Part shown: piece by piece, positions 1-13,300 of the stretch
How positions within the stretch are numbered: position 1 is the stretch's first letter
Layout: the number at the start of each line of letters is the position of its first letter
Assembly: GCA_003344405.1 (NCBI GenBank)
Contig: NOWV01000211.1
Location: 1-64,000, forward strand
Direction of reading: 5' to 3'
From: Trichoplax sp. H2
Lineage: Eukaryota
DNA: 64,000 nt
Made by a program: the position numbers and the translations under genes
Notes under the pieces: model-generated
The model's input: the letters and a program-made list of their open reading frames with translations, nothing else
Told to the model about the DNA's origin: nothing
Database searches by the model: none

Positions 1-70
1 GCAAAAGTAACAAAAAAATGTAGGTATTGTTTACCGGTAAACAATCTCCATCAACTTGCCTATTAACCTA

Positions 71-700
71 TTGTCACAAAACAGCTTTGCAACAAGATAA
101 CGCAATATACGATCAATAAGTCAATTCCTTGAACCACGTATCAAGGAACGATATCTGCACTATCACAAACACTTTTGCTCTACTAGCAGACTACACAAAG
201 ACTTAAACGCCTCGTATTTTACGTTAAATACTAAATTGGAGAATTCTCTTTATTTCACGATATACTGCATTTATACACTATTCCTCAATAGTTCATGAGT
301 CATAGTTAATTCAATTAACCTCGGAATCATTTACTGAATTAGATATTAATTTTAGCTACTGCTCCCTTAATGCAGACAACAGTATTTACGAATATAGACA
401 TGTAATGATTAATACAGAATAGTCAGATTACGATATGTCCTATCACGGAACATTTCCATGATAATTTACAATCTACCATAAGTAAATTACAATCACAATG
501 ATTGGAACTGTAAGCAGATGAATTGCATTACCTATTATAACTATTAATTTCAGTATGTGTATAAGTGCCACTGTCATAAAAAGTCAGTACTATATTAAAA
601 CACAGCATATCCAAATTAGAAGTTAACTAAATAAGGATAGTCTAACAGAATTATCCTAACATAAATATTTCTACTGTAATACAGAATTTAACACTGTTAC
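71..700. repeat. Dispersed ~630-bp repeat, copy 1
   Basis: Read base by base, it closely matches 30493-31115 in direct orientation, from TTGTCACAAAACAGCTTTGCAACAAGATA through ...TAATACAG..TAACACTGT. A more diverged partial copy lies at 28844-29110. Confidence 0.92.
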
Positions 701-3700
701 GCATATCGATAATGAAAATATGTTTCTTATGCGTTGCTCATTTTTACGATTTATTTATTTTAACATGATTAGACTAATTAATAAATTAATTGTTAACTTC
801 AAATCGTTCTAAAATTATAATCGATATCGTTTTAACATTACAATCGATATCGTTCTACATTCAAATCTAACAGAATACTAGGTAATAACTCGATAAATTT
901 TGAGCATGCAGCATTGTAATATCTAACCATGATTACGCAATAGGATATTCACAAGATCTTTCGTCATTTCTATCCTAGCAATCTTTAATATTGTTTCATA
1001 TAATGTGATACATCATAATATGCATTAATACTTAATATTTATCTGCTAAAGAAAATCATATATTGGCAACCATCGACTTGGAATCAAAAAATAAAGAATG
1101 CTTTCATAGCTACCGTATCATTACGTCATAATCCAGTCTTTTTGTCTTATAATGTACTACAAGTACAACATTCCCGATATTATGTTTCTCTGCAGATCAG
1201 CACTTTCGAGGTTTTTTACAGAACAACTACGGCTAAACTAATGATCATGATATTTTCATCACATCAGCAGGGAAATTATACTTAGTAGATTTGAATGTAG
1301 TCGTTACAAGCAAAATGAAATATTGTGTATATAAATTATTACGTTCTGATTTTGTAAGTTTTCCAATTAGAGACTTTAAAGATAGAATAATTGAAATTAC
1401 ATATCCGTTATAAGTCTTAGAAATAGAGTACAAGCAACTTTACTGTATCCATTTAATCCAATACCATCTTCATGAAATTACTTTCATAGGGTGATAATTA
1501 ACTTAAAGCATAGCAAATTCATGTGAGATGTTAATATTAGTCCTGCATAGAGCTGGAAATTATTTTGTTAGTATTCTAAAAAAGTAGCTTGATAATAAAA
1601 TCTAATTATAAAAACATTTCCTATCTATTTAAATCAAGTAGCAATAGTGTGATTATTCTCCATAACTAACTAACTTCTAAATTTTAAACAAATATTGTCA
1701 TTGTTCTAGGTCATCTCGACTTAATTTACTATAATCTAAAATATGAACTTATGTTGTATTACAATTTTCTTTGCGCCAAAAATTTAAAATTTCGCCGGTG
1801 GGAAATGGTTGCTAAGGTAAATGATGTGGTCAGTTAAGACTGATCATAATAGTAACATAATTATCGCAAATAAAATTTGAGAATCTATGAACACATGCAC
1901 ATGTCAAAGACAAGGAAACCCTCCTCTCAATCCAAAAATGATACTAAGTTAATTAATAGGAACAGTAGAGTACAGAAATCCATGGTAGTGTGGTATGAAT
2001 GTAACACGACGTTTACTACTTAACAGGTATAAAATAAATTAGTTTATAAGGATTTTTAAATTTTTTGAATAAAAGAAATTGTGCATGACGACAATTAATG
2101 AACTTAGGTAATAATGCCTACTCTATCGAAAGAATCACTCCAATAAACGGGATTTGAACACCACGTAGTCAGATCAAATACAGTTTTTCTAGAATTACCT
2201 TTATGACATAATATACTGCAATTTATGCATATTTCGGCAATAGTTTATAAGTTCTAGATGACAAGATTGGCTTTAAAGCCTTCCAATAGATTTGATATTG
2301 ATCCTATGTACCGCCAATTAATGAAGATAAAAGTATTATCGAACATAAATATCCAATAATTTATCCATAATAATCGGATTACGTTACGTTCATATACGGA
2401 ATATTCTTAGAATAAATAATCCATCTTTAGCTAGTTACGATCACAGTCATTCGAGCTATATGTAAATTATTCTTATCACCATTATATGACTATGAATTTC
2501 AGTTTTGCTGTCTCACGAAAATCCAACGATATATTAAAAATATAAATTATCTCAACAGAAACTGATTAGATAAATCTAACCAACAAAACTGCCCTACATA
2601 AACATTACTATTTACTATCTAATTTCTGAAATTCAGTGTTATAACACTATAACATCATATAAAATAGAATTTATTGGCGTAATCGCATATATGTCTAGCA
2701 TAGAATTATTACATGAGTTGCACCAGTCAAATTTGCGGTGACATTGTAAAGAGTTCACGTCATACGATTACTTAGTTGCAATTCTTTACTGTTTGATAAG
2801 TTGGTTTTTGTTGTAAATAAATACTGTATGCTTTTCATTATACTGTATCGGTTCTTATCTGAATCTACTAGAGACTAATGTCTTAAACATTCTTTGTCTT
2901 AGTAAGTTATAGAAGATTCAGTGGTAGAGCTATCTACAGCAAGGAATAAAACTTACAGTAGATGAAAGTGAACCGTCAGTTACTTAAAGACCGGTGTAAT
3001 AATAGTATTCGTCAATTTTTTAATAGCAGTCATTAGAACATAGAGCATCCTATCCACGCCTATTTTCTTTGAAATTTTTCTTCTCATTTTTCTTCTCGTA
3101 AATTGCTCATAATATAGCAAGTAGCTACAACAGTACAATTAGATAACAGAAAAAAGTAGGTTCGATAAGCCGTAAAATTATATTTGGTGATAGACAGAGC
3201 TTTACTAGATTAAATAGGTAATTGATAAGTGATTTGCCGGGAATCATTCTTCTGGGCAAAGTCGAAGCCTTATTAGGGCACTTACTTATTTAAATTAAAT
3301 TTCATACATTAAAACAAATAGTAAATAAATAGGAGATAAGGATATACGATTGCAGTTATCCACAGCAGTTTAGATTTAGATAATAAAATTTTCCTATAGA
3401 GAACATCTGTCTAATATCTGACTATTAATCACTTTAGCTGTAAATAGGCTTACAGTATTGAAGCTTCCGGCTGACTTACACCAAAAAGTCCAGTAATCCA
3501 TTAACTGACCTGGCTAAACACCAGAAAGAAATAATACTGCGCAATACATTATATCAATATCTTATAATAATTAAGTAAACGTAAAAAGGAAGCGTAAAAT
3601 TCTAGTAGATAATTAGAACAACGCGTTTTTATGAAACTAGAGATATAAAAAACAGAGTAGACGTTGTGGAATTTATCTCTACTGCGGTTCAGGAATTCAA

Positions 3701-4119
3701 TCTTAGTATAATTGAAACGCAATCTACCTGCTCAGATGAAGGAAACACATTGTTGACAGATATTGAATATTAGAAAGAGCCTCATGGTAGTTGTTGTTTG
3801 GTTACAGGTTTGCCTCTTAGAGGATGTAGCCAGATTTATTCTAGTTAGCTAGAAATAATAGGCAATGCAGTACTTTTAAGTTTTGTCATTGATTCCTGTC
3901 ATTAGTTCTAATTATATACTCCTTTATCGTCATTTGTTGTCCGATATATCGTAATACTGTATTAAATCAATGCTAAGTCCCAATTTTACAATGAATTCTA
4001 ACAAAGAATTAAACTGCAAATCGGTAAACGGTTTTGTTTTATTCAGAGCTGACCAATAATATTCAATTGCCGACAACTTCCTCTAAAATGCGATATTTAC
4101 TAATGAACTTTCATGGCTT

Positions 4120-5391
4120 TTGACGGCAATTTACCGCCGGATATTTTGTGACAATCATAGTCTCTTGCAGTCGCACAACATTTACTAACAAGCGATGCTC
4201 AATGAAGTAGTAAATTTAAGTATATTGCGACATCGACATCAGTGAACCGGAATAGAAATCAGCGAACCGTAGCTCCACTCTGCTATTAATAATCAATCAT
4301 TAACTGTAATAGTTTACCGGAATAGTGGAAAAAGGATTTACTAATATAGCGAGATTAGTTAGTATTTGTACTTAGGTATTGGTATACAAATGGTGTCAAA
4401 CTAACTACGGTCTAGCTGTACTTATTGTACTCGTTTTTAATATCAAGCTATGCTCTTTCAATATATATCTTTTCGTAACATTGTAAAAATTGTACTCTAA
4501 TATTAAAACCTAAACCTTTCTTGCATCAAATATATCCTTACATTTATATGTTCTCAATTCAATCTCACATTAACTCTGAATTCTGCTATGCCATATGCTA
4601 ATTAAATTCTATCTACGGAATTTGCAATGACAAAATTAAAATTACTGAAGTAAATTACTCGCCACGAGTCTACTTTCAGGANNNNNNNNNNNNNNNNNNN
4701 NTTGACGGCAATTTACCGCCGGATATTTTGTGACATACATAGTCTCTTGCAGTCACACAACATTTACTAACAAGCGATGTTCAATGAAGTAGTTAATTTA
4801 AGTATATTGCGACATCGACATCAGTGAACCGTAATAGAAATCACCGAACCGTAGCTCCACTCTGCTATTAATAATCAATCATTAACTGTAATAGTTTACC
4901 GGAATAGTGGAAAAAGGATTTACTAATATAGCGAGATTAGTTAGTATTTGTACTTACTAGATCATTAACACCTATCTAACCATTTCTATTTATAGTTTGC
5001 TATCTTATCTTACAACTGAGCTTTATATATATATATATAAGTATTTTATATCAAGCAAAATAAAATTATTTGTCTCGAAGCTAGGTATTGGTATACAAAT
5101 GGTGTCAAACTAACTACGGTCTAGCTGTACTTATTGTACTCGTTTTTAATATCAAGCTATGCTCTTTCAATATATATCTTTTCGTAACATTGTAAAAATT
5201 GTACTCTAATATTAAAACCTAAACCTTTCTTGTATCAAATATATCCTTATATTTATATGTTCTCAATTCAATCTCACATTAACTCTGAATTCTGCTATGC
5301 CATATGCTAATTAAATTCTATCTACGGAATTTGCAATGACAAAATTAAAATTACTGCAAGTAAATTACTCGCCACGAGTCTACTTTCAGGA
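4120..5391. repeat. Near-identical duplicated segment (4120-4681 vs 4702-5391) flanking an assembly gap
   Basis: Both copies start TTGACGGCAATTTACCGCCGG and end TACTTTCAGGA. They differ by a few substitutions and a 127-bp insertion (4955-5081) in the second copy. Confidence 0.93.
4682..4701. other. Assembly gap (20 N)
   Basis: Run of N characters. Confidence 1.
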
Positions 5392-8300
5392 ACTTTCTCC
5401 CCAACATCTACGTTTAGTACAAACTTTAGGTAATGATAAGCTTGCAATCACTAGAACGTCATTAGAAACCGTAAAACTCATGCTGGATATAATTGAACCC
5501 AACTTTTATTAAAAAATGAACTAATTCATGGTAACTCGATATCAACATTAACCATAATTATCAATGTATAGATGATATTCTAAAACTATGCCGCAATCTA
5601 TTAAAAACATATAGGTATCATAGACAATTGAATTTCGCTACTCTCTTAGATTAATTCTGAAAAATTATGTTGTAAGACAGTGTAATATTGTATTCTAAGT
5701 TGATGATATATTTAGTAATGTCTACCGTAGGTGTTGTGTTCAACATGTAATAGATATTCTCGTTAGAAGCTTAAGTATTTGTCACGTTCTGTGATAGTTA
5801 CATAATTAGTATGTTACCTTCTTTCTATATATGGTTAAATATCACGATGTTATCACGTCATACGTATATAGATGTAGTTATGGTACTATATTAAGGTTAT
5901 CTAGATATGTATTCTCATGTTGCCATACTCGGTATGATATTCTGTTTGTAATGTCTAAACTATGGAAACCTTTCTCTTAGTGATGATCTTGTGATCTACG
6001 CCAGTAGATCAAAGGTCACAATAAAGAAAGTATATAAACCCATTATTTTAACAATAAAGTTAGTTCTTCAACTTAATTACTGGGTCTCCTTGCTGAGTGC
6101 AGATCTAGTACTTGTTATAAAATTTGGAAGTTGTAACAATATTAAATATAGCTAGCTTAGTAACTGTAATCCTTTTGAAGAGGAGAGCTACAGTGCTCAC
6201 ACTAGAGCTTCATATGAAAGGTGTAAACTATCATGTATTTGAGATGCTAATACTGAAGTGTGTAGTAAGTAAGGTGCTAAGACTGTAAACGCGGAAAAGT
6301 ATATAAGCGAGTAGTTTAGCATAGTAAGATCGTTCTTTCTCGTTAGAGGTCCTCAGCTAATCGATTACGTAGTATCTTCGTAAAGGAGGTTTTGTTCAAT
6401 AAATCTTAATTTTCTAAAGTTTTGAAGATTCTTGATCTATCAACCTCACATACGTGTATATAAAATTTACTCTATAACAGCTATAAGTACATCAATTTTA
6501 CTAAGGAAACTGATATTTACGCTTCCGATAAATTATAATTAATTACTATTCTATGATCTTGATCAAATAAGATTCTATCTTCAACCTTGATGAATAGCAT
6601 TTCAAGGAATAGTAATTAAAATTATACTTCGGAAGAATTTAGTTGTTCCAAATCTATCGGAAATGAATGCAAATTGAGGAATCAGAGAGAAATTTATGGT
6701 TTGACCTTATTGCAAGTTTTGTATTGTTGTCTGATAAAAGCTGGGATTGTATCGTTTTATATCATCAAGTATTAATTCTACCATTGCCGAGTCGTTTTGA
6801 CTTGGAAGTAGAAATTTTTTATAGAATGGACGTCATCTAGTTTCAAGAATTAAATTCGAACTTATCATACTTAAGAAGAGGAAATCTTATTCTTAAACGA
6901 ATACATATATTTTAAATTAGCCTAGTAAAAATAGTCTTTGGATATCCAACTTATTACTTCGTGAAAAGGTAATAAGTAATTTAAATAAAATTCAGTTCGC
7001 CACGTAGATTCCAGGCAAGAATAATTGCCTAATTCGAAAATGTTCGTAAATGAAATAGCTATTTCGTACCTTCATCACATATAAATAATTGTATAATTGT
7101 TACTATAATGAAGATCTTTTGTAATTATCGATGGTCATGAACTACAGCACATTATTCATCATTTTGTCAAGTTTAAGTTGCAATCAGCATTATAAAAATA
7201 CTGTCATTTCTAGAGTTGAAATTCTTGTCCCTGAAGTATTAGGATGCAGCAAACGATGATTAATGTCACATAAAAGCTGCGAAAGTGCCTATAAAGAACG
7301 AGCTGCGTTAGTTTCAACTTTTATACATCAAGTATGATCCATTTCTAATAATGGATAACTGGCTAATTGCAGCAATACATAATTGGGATTAATAGTAAAT
7401 AAAATCAATGATTAAAAACGCGTACCAGGGTTAATATTTTACTTAATACCTAACGAGCTTCATCATAATTATCCTATGTTGAATTTAATTCTTCCGATTA
7501 TGGCTATTTTATATGGCTATTAAACTATTTGATACATTTCTAAACCTTGTATTAGCATTACTGTCAGCTTTGACAATTACCTATGTCAGCTTTTATTTTA
7601 CCATATTAAAAGCACAGTCTCGATTTTCCGCAGTACGGACGAAACTGATAAATGATGTTGTCTTTCATATTGTATATCATTATTTCATGCCTTGTACTAA
7701 ACAAAAAAAGTCGAAATATATAAATTATTTACGATTTCATAAGATAATTGTTTCATTAAATATTGATGAAACTTCTTAGAATTTTATATAACTGTAAATA
7801 AAGAAATAAGAAGAAATTGATAAGCTTAATTCATGGTCAGTAGATCAAGAAGTCATTTTTTATTCAGTTTGTTTCTTTGCTTAGTAATTTATGATGAACA
7901 CAAGCCTTAAAATGTAAAATATGTGTGATAATGAGAACGCATACCCATTCGTTTAGATAAAGAAACTAGAAAAAGAAGAGAATGAACAGTAAGATAGAAC
8001 TAAATTTCTAATCCTATTACAACATAAATCCAAAGTATTTCCATATCGAAGTAGATCGAAGTCATCACAGCAAATCCTCCATAGCAGATATTTGTTGAAA
8101 AGGACATATCAAGTCTGAAATTAAATATAGTAAGTTGGTTTATAACCTTATAAACAATGAAACGGGACATTAGTATATATTTACCTTCATCTATGATTGA
8201 GTTCTAATATTGTTTTCCTGACACTTAATGTGAAATTGAAATAACTCTACTCAAAACACTTATTATTTAATTCAGTGAGAAATTAAGGATTTTTAAAACC

Positions 8301-10361
8301 ATTATTTAGCACTGAAAGTTATCTACGGCTTGCTTACTAATTTTATGAATTTTTTTTTTGGGGGGGGGGGATCTGTGTCTAACTTATGTTATCATAAATA
8401 TACTAATAGTAGAATAAAACGAACTTAGCTATCGCGTGTATTTTAAAAGATTAATATATTACATTGAATTCCACCATAAATACCATCAGTCTATTACCTT
8501 TTATTTCAATGTTGTAGAATGATATCAAAACTAAGAATTTAAAGAGTGTTGATAGTTAATTACTCAACCAATGAACCACTTAAATATCATTTGGATCATG
8601 CTATTAAGTAACACTTAGAACTAAAACCTTTTCAATCGCTAACTGTAAAATTTTAAAGTGTCATCGCTATTACTACTATTAGTAGTTAACCTTAATGTTA
8701 GATCGTACAGATTAAGTTCTATCTATTCATTCAGTTATAAATTTAAGTGGATTCGCTCGTAATATCAGAATATGTAGTCGTTCTAATCATGACTGGGAAA
8801 TAAATTGATTCCTATAAATTCAGATTCTGATATTCAAAACTAACATCACTCTTCGGATTAGTAATATTTACTGTAACACATTAATGTATATATACATAAA
8901 GGAACAACTACGAGCGTAATCCTCAATTAAAGATTAACACCTAGAGTAAAATGGTTTTATTTAAGTTCAAGTGGCCTAATAAGCAGTCACAAACATGTTG
9001 GACTAAGCTGTAAAGTGGAACAATCTCGTTATCTACATTGCTAGTATTTGTTAAGGTATTACCAAGTTTAACCTAAATGACTTCTTTCGTGTAATATCTA
9101 CTTCAAAGATTCATAAAGCATAAACAGCTTGTGTCATCGTAATATAATAAGTGATTCTATTTAAATCTTAGTTATTAAGACCCAAATCGTGCTACCAATA
9201 CGCTATCCTTTTTAACATACTTACCAGGTAGATTAAATTAAGTCCGGTAATTCACTTTGGCTATCCTATCCCGAAAAATTAGAATTCTTTAATGTAATTT
9301 TTCTCGATTGGTAGTCATTATCATTTAGCTAACATTCGGATAGGAAACTTTATTTTCGATTTCACGAAGGAAAATGATCGCTGTCGTCTTGAGTTTTTAA
9401 AAGGGGTGTTACAGTCAATCAGGTCTCAATGAAATGACTTAGGATACTACTGTATTTAAATATTTTATTTCTTCATAAAGTTCTATATTATTTAAAAAAA
9501 GATATTTAAGGGATACTTTCGCTTACGACAAAATATCGCAATCGCCATGTCAGAAAATTTATTTAATATTGAATTTTAAATTTATAGTCCTCATCAAATG
9601 ATATACTACGTTAGAATGAAAGACCAATATGGTTATTTAATATTGATAAAAATGCGATCGAAACAGTAAACTAAACTTGACAAGTTCTTATATATTTGGT
9701 GCTATTTAATCCTTCTATGAAGTTGTAGAATTTTATCCAAAGCAAAATTTATCAGAAAAATTATCTGACGAATTAACATTAATCAAATAGAAATAGCAAT
9801 AGCAACAGCTAAAATGAATTTACTAATACTTAATAGGTGTATTTGCGTAGTATTCACTAGTCATGTACCAGTAATTATTTCAGACATAAAAGTGAAAAAT
9901 TTGATAGTACAATATTGGTGCTGTCAAATATAGTGTTTCTCTACTTAAGTTGAGAGATCTTTACGATATTAATATAATTTTCACAATAACGAAATGTAAA
10001 TGTTATCACTGCGGTAGTTTTGCGACATTGAAGCTGAAAAGTGTATTTAGCTAGTTGCATAATGATAAATTATGCAATGACTTTTAACTTGTCCAAAAGC
10101 TAGCCATATTTTTGAAAGTATTACAATCATAAATTTCATAGAAATCTAATTCTGGCACTTTAATTACAATACATTATGGGTTTCGATGTAAACTTTCATG
10201 TGCAATGGTAAATCTGTGGCTATAGGCGCATAATTTTTATATCAGAATTGTAGAAATATTTACTGACGGTCTTGACGTTAGACATTTACCGGTAAGAACT
10301 GTATCCTACCGAATTATAATTTACGTGATAAAATGCATATCTTCTAGGTCCATATTTCATT

Positions 10362-13300
10362 ATGGAGGGTTTCATTCATGGCTTGAAAAGCATAGAAAGA
10401 AAAAACCACTACAAGGTTTCTGGTACGGCTCCTACTATCTACGTTACACCACCAAGCGATACTGAAGAAGAAAGTATTGAAAGAGCCCGTGCTCAGAGCT
10501 TAGGTATTTCAAATTTAATGTACTTTAATTTTGATGTATAATAATTTTACTGTATCGCATCAGATAGCTAATATAAATTAAATTGAGGAACGATACTCGA
10601 TAAAATAGTAATTTCATTTTCTTTTTTAATATAAAACTTTGTCTTATTATGTTTCGGATAAATTACGAGAATCTAATTCGGAATCAAGATACATATTCGA
10701 TTAATAGCCCTCGAATTTCGTTTAGTTTTATAAATTTACCGACACATGTTTAGAGCTAGGTATTTACTGATCAACATTATATACTATATAATTTTTCCAA
10801 TTAGAAGCTTCCAGAAGACATAACAAGAAGGAAGAAAAATTAAGTACAAGTAAATATATATATCGTGCTTACTTTTTCTGCACTGTATATTACTTTCATG
10901 AAAAAACTCCTTTTCAACCATGTATTTAAAAATTTGCTTGATTTAAATATTTCATTTTATGACTGAAACAGGCTTCTTGAAATTTCGTTACCGTACTGCA
11001 ACTAAATTTCTATCGCCCCAGCGCCAATCGTCTGAAGGAAATTCTAATGATGATCAGGATGAAGTTATACGTTCATATAATAATATATTCATAGTGATGT
11101 ATTTATTGCATGAGGAGAGATTTGGTTTTAACCAAGAAGTTGAATAACTGTTTTGTGAATACAAAGCAACAAACTAGCACACTTAGCTGGTGAATATGCT
11201 TATTTTATAATAGGATGGTCTACAAAAATTTCACTATAAAGAACCGTTACCATGGTCGATGAGAGCTAAAAGGAGGCATGCACAGCGAAAGAGAACTCGA
11301 TCTTTGCCTATAACCGCAAGAGAAAATGGGAAAGTGAGTTTTGTTTAAGATATTATAGTATACTATAGTTACAAAGATATGCTAGTAGAGTTGCAACACG
11401 AAGTTAACGTGCTACTGTAGCATAGACTACTACTAGATATCTTGGTATTCTTTCTATACTGCGCCTTATTCCGTTATAACTTTTGTTACGTTAGAATTAT
11501 GCGTCATTGAAAAAAGAAGATGGCGAAAGTTGTCGATTAAATAGAAGGTTATTATACGATGAATACTTGTTATAGGGCCATTTCGTTAATTGGCATCAAA
11601 GTTTATATACATGAGTTAAACTATAATTGTGATAAATAACATTTCACTCTCATTCAACTTATGGCATTTACCTCAATCTAAAATTATTAAATGATTGTCT
11701 CTAGCTTAGCTTCGATAAAGACCTCTACCATTGAGGAAGATTTAACTAAAGAAGGTATCGCATAAATCATTAAATTAAAAAAATTAATTAAAAACTGAGT
11801 AAACAAATAAACAATTATCTTCTTGGAAGAATTGCTAGTGTTTCAAATAATACTTCTATAAATGAAGCAATCATTTGATTATTTAGAAATTAACTTTTCG
11901 TTGTCATGATTCAGTAATGGTAATGGAGAGTCCTTCCTTTTGATTTTGATATTGTACCTGATGTAATTGTTAGAAAAGTACTGTAATTTGAATTACCTGG
12001 TACTCACTAAGGCTATAATATTATATCACAGTATTGCATTATACTTTGTATTTGGTACAACTAAGTCTGCGATACATTTTAACCTGAAGTGAATGTTGAT
12101 CGTATAGAAGAAAGTAAGGCAAGAGCTACCCAACATTTCAAATTACATCGAGGAAAGAACAAAGGTTAGGCTGCTGCCTGTAAGCGTAACTTGCGCAAGT
12201 ATTGTATAAGATGATTCTAAATTCACTGAAACATTCATGCTTTATACTATTCTGCAACGTATTCATTATAGCAGTTAGACTGTTACAAGTACCTTAATCT
12301 CTGCTGTTTTTACGTACCGTACATTTTCTTGCTATGTTCAATTTAAAATTCAATCATTGCAATATTTAAATAATATTGTTATTTGTGGAAAAAATTTATA
12401 ATGTTCTCATTAATCAACATCGATTAGCACTTTACTATTGCAAAGGTATAACGTTATAATTATGGACCTCTAGGAGAACAGATTTTCTTCTAGTAGTCCA
12501 TGTAACTAATGCAACCAGCGTCATCTGTCTCCATTAGAGAATGAAATTTCAACTTGAACGACTTTAGTGCCGAGTTTCAATTTAGTACAGCCATGGAAGA
12601 TTACCTTATGCTTACGTTGCACAAGCAAACATGCTAGTAAAGAGAGAATGCAGTGGAGCCCAACAATTTGGTGCTATAACTTATGCTTCTGTTTTTGTTT
12701 GCTTACGTAGTTTATTATCAAATCTGCATCATCGCGAAATCTCTTCTACGTCAATAAGTAAAGTAGTATAGACCTAATTTTCTTATGAAATAGATACGAA
12801 TAGTGATTGACTACCGCTATGCATAACAATCTAAATAAAAGCAAGTAGGTTGGCATATACGAAACAATCGCGAAATTCGTCGCATTATCTATCTCGAATG
12901 ACCAATGAATTTTATTATTGTAAATGTAGTATGCAGGTAGTCGAGATGATTAATCTTAAACACTTTGTAGAGCATGACCTAATTAATTTTCACATTTAAC
13001 AGACATAATCAATGGAAATAGTATAACATCGCCAGAGAAGGACGGAAAAACCACTGTTAAAACGTTATTTAGAAGATTTAAGGTACATCAATATCTTCTT
13101 GTTTAATTAGTCTACAAATCCAAATAATTAACCAACTTAATAATTCTAACTTCTTGAATTTTATAAAATATAATTAAAGATGATTGGCAATAATAACAAT
13201 CTAAAAGCACAGAAACGAGAAGACAGTCCATCTATTGAATCATTCTTTACCGGATTAAATCAAATCGATCACGAGCATGATATGGCTAAATATTTGGTAA

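Noticed and set aside
820..866. ~24-bp tandem duplication ATCGATATCGTT.TA.CATT
   Set aside because: A two-copy local slippage with no further structure.
9217..9228. U1 snRNA 5' end (ATACTTACCAGG)
   Set aside because: Similarity stops after about 12 nt with no U1 stem-loops. It is simply the reverse complement of a consensus splice donor.
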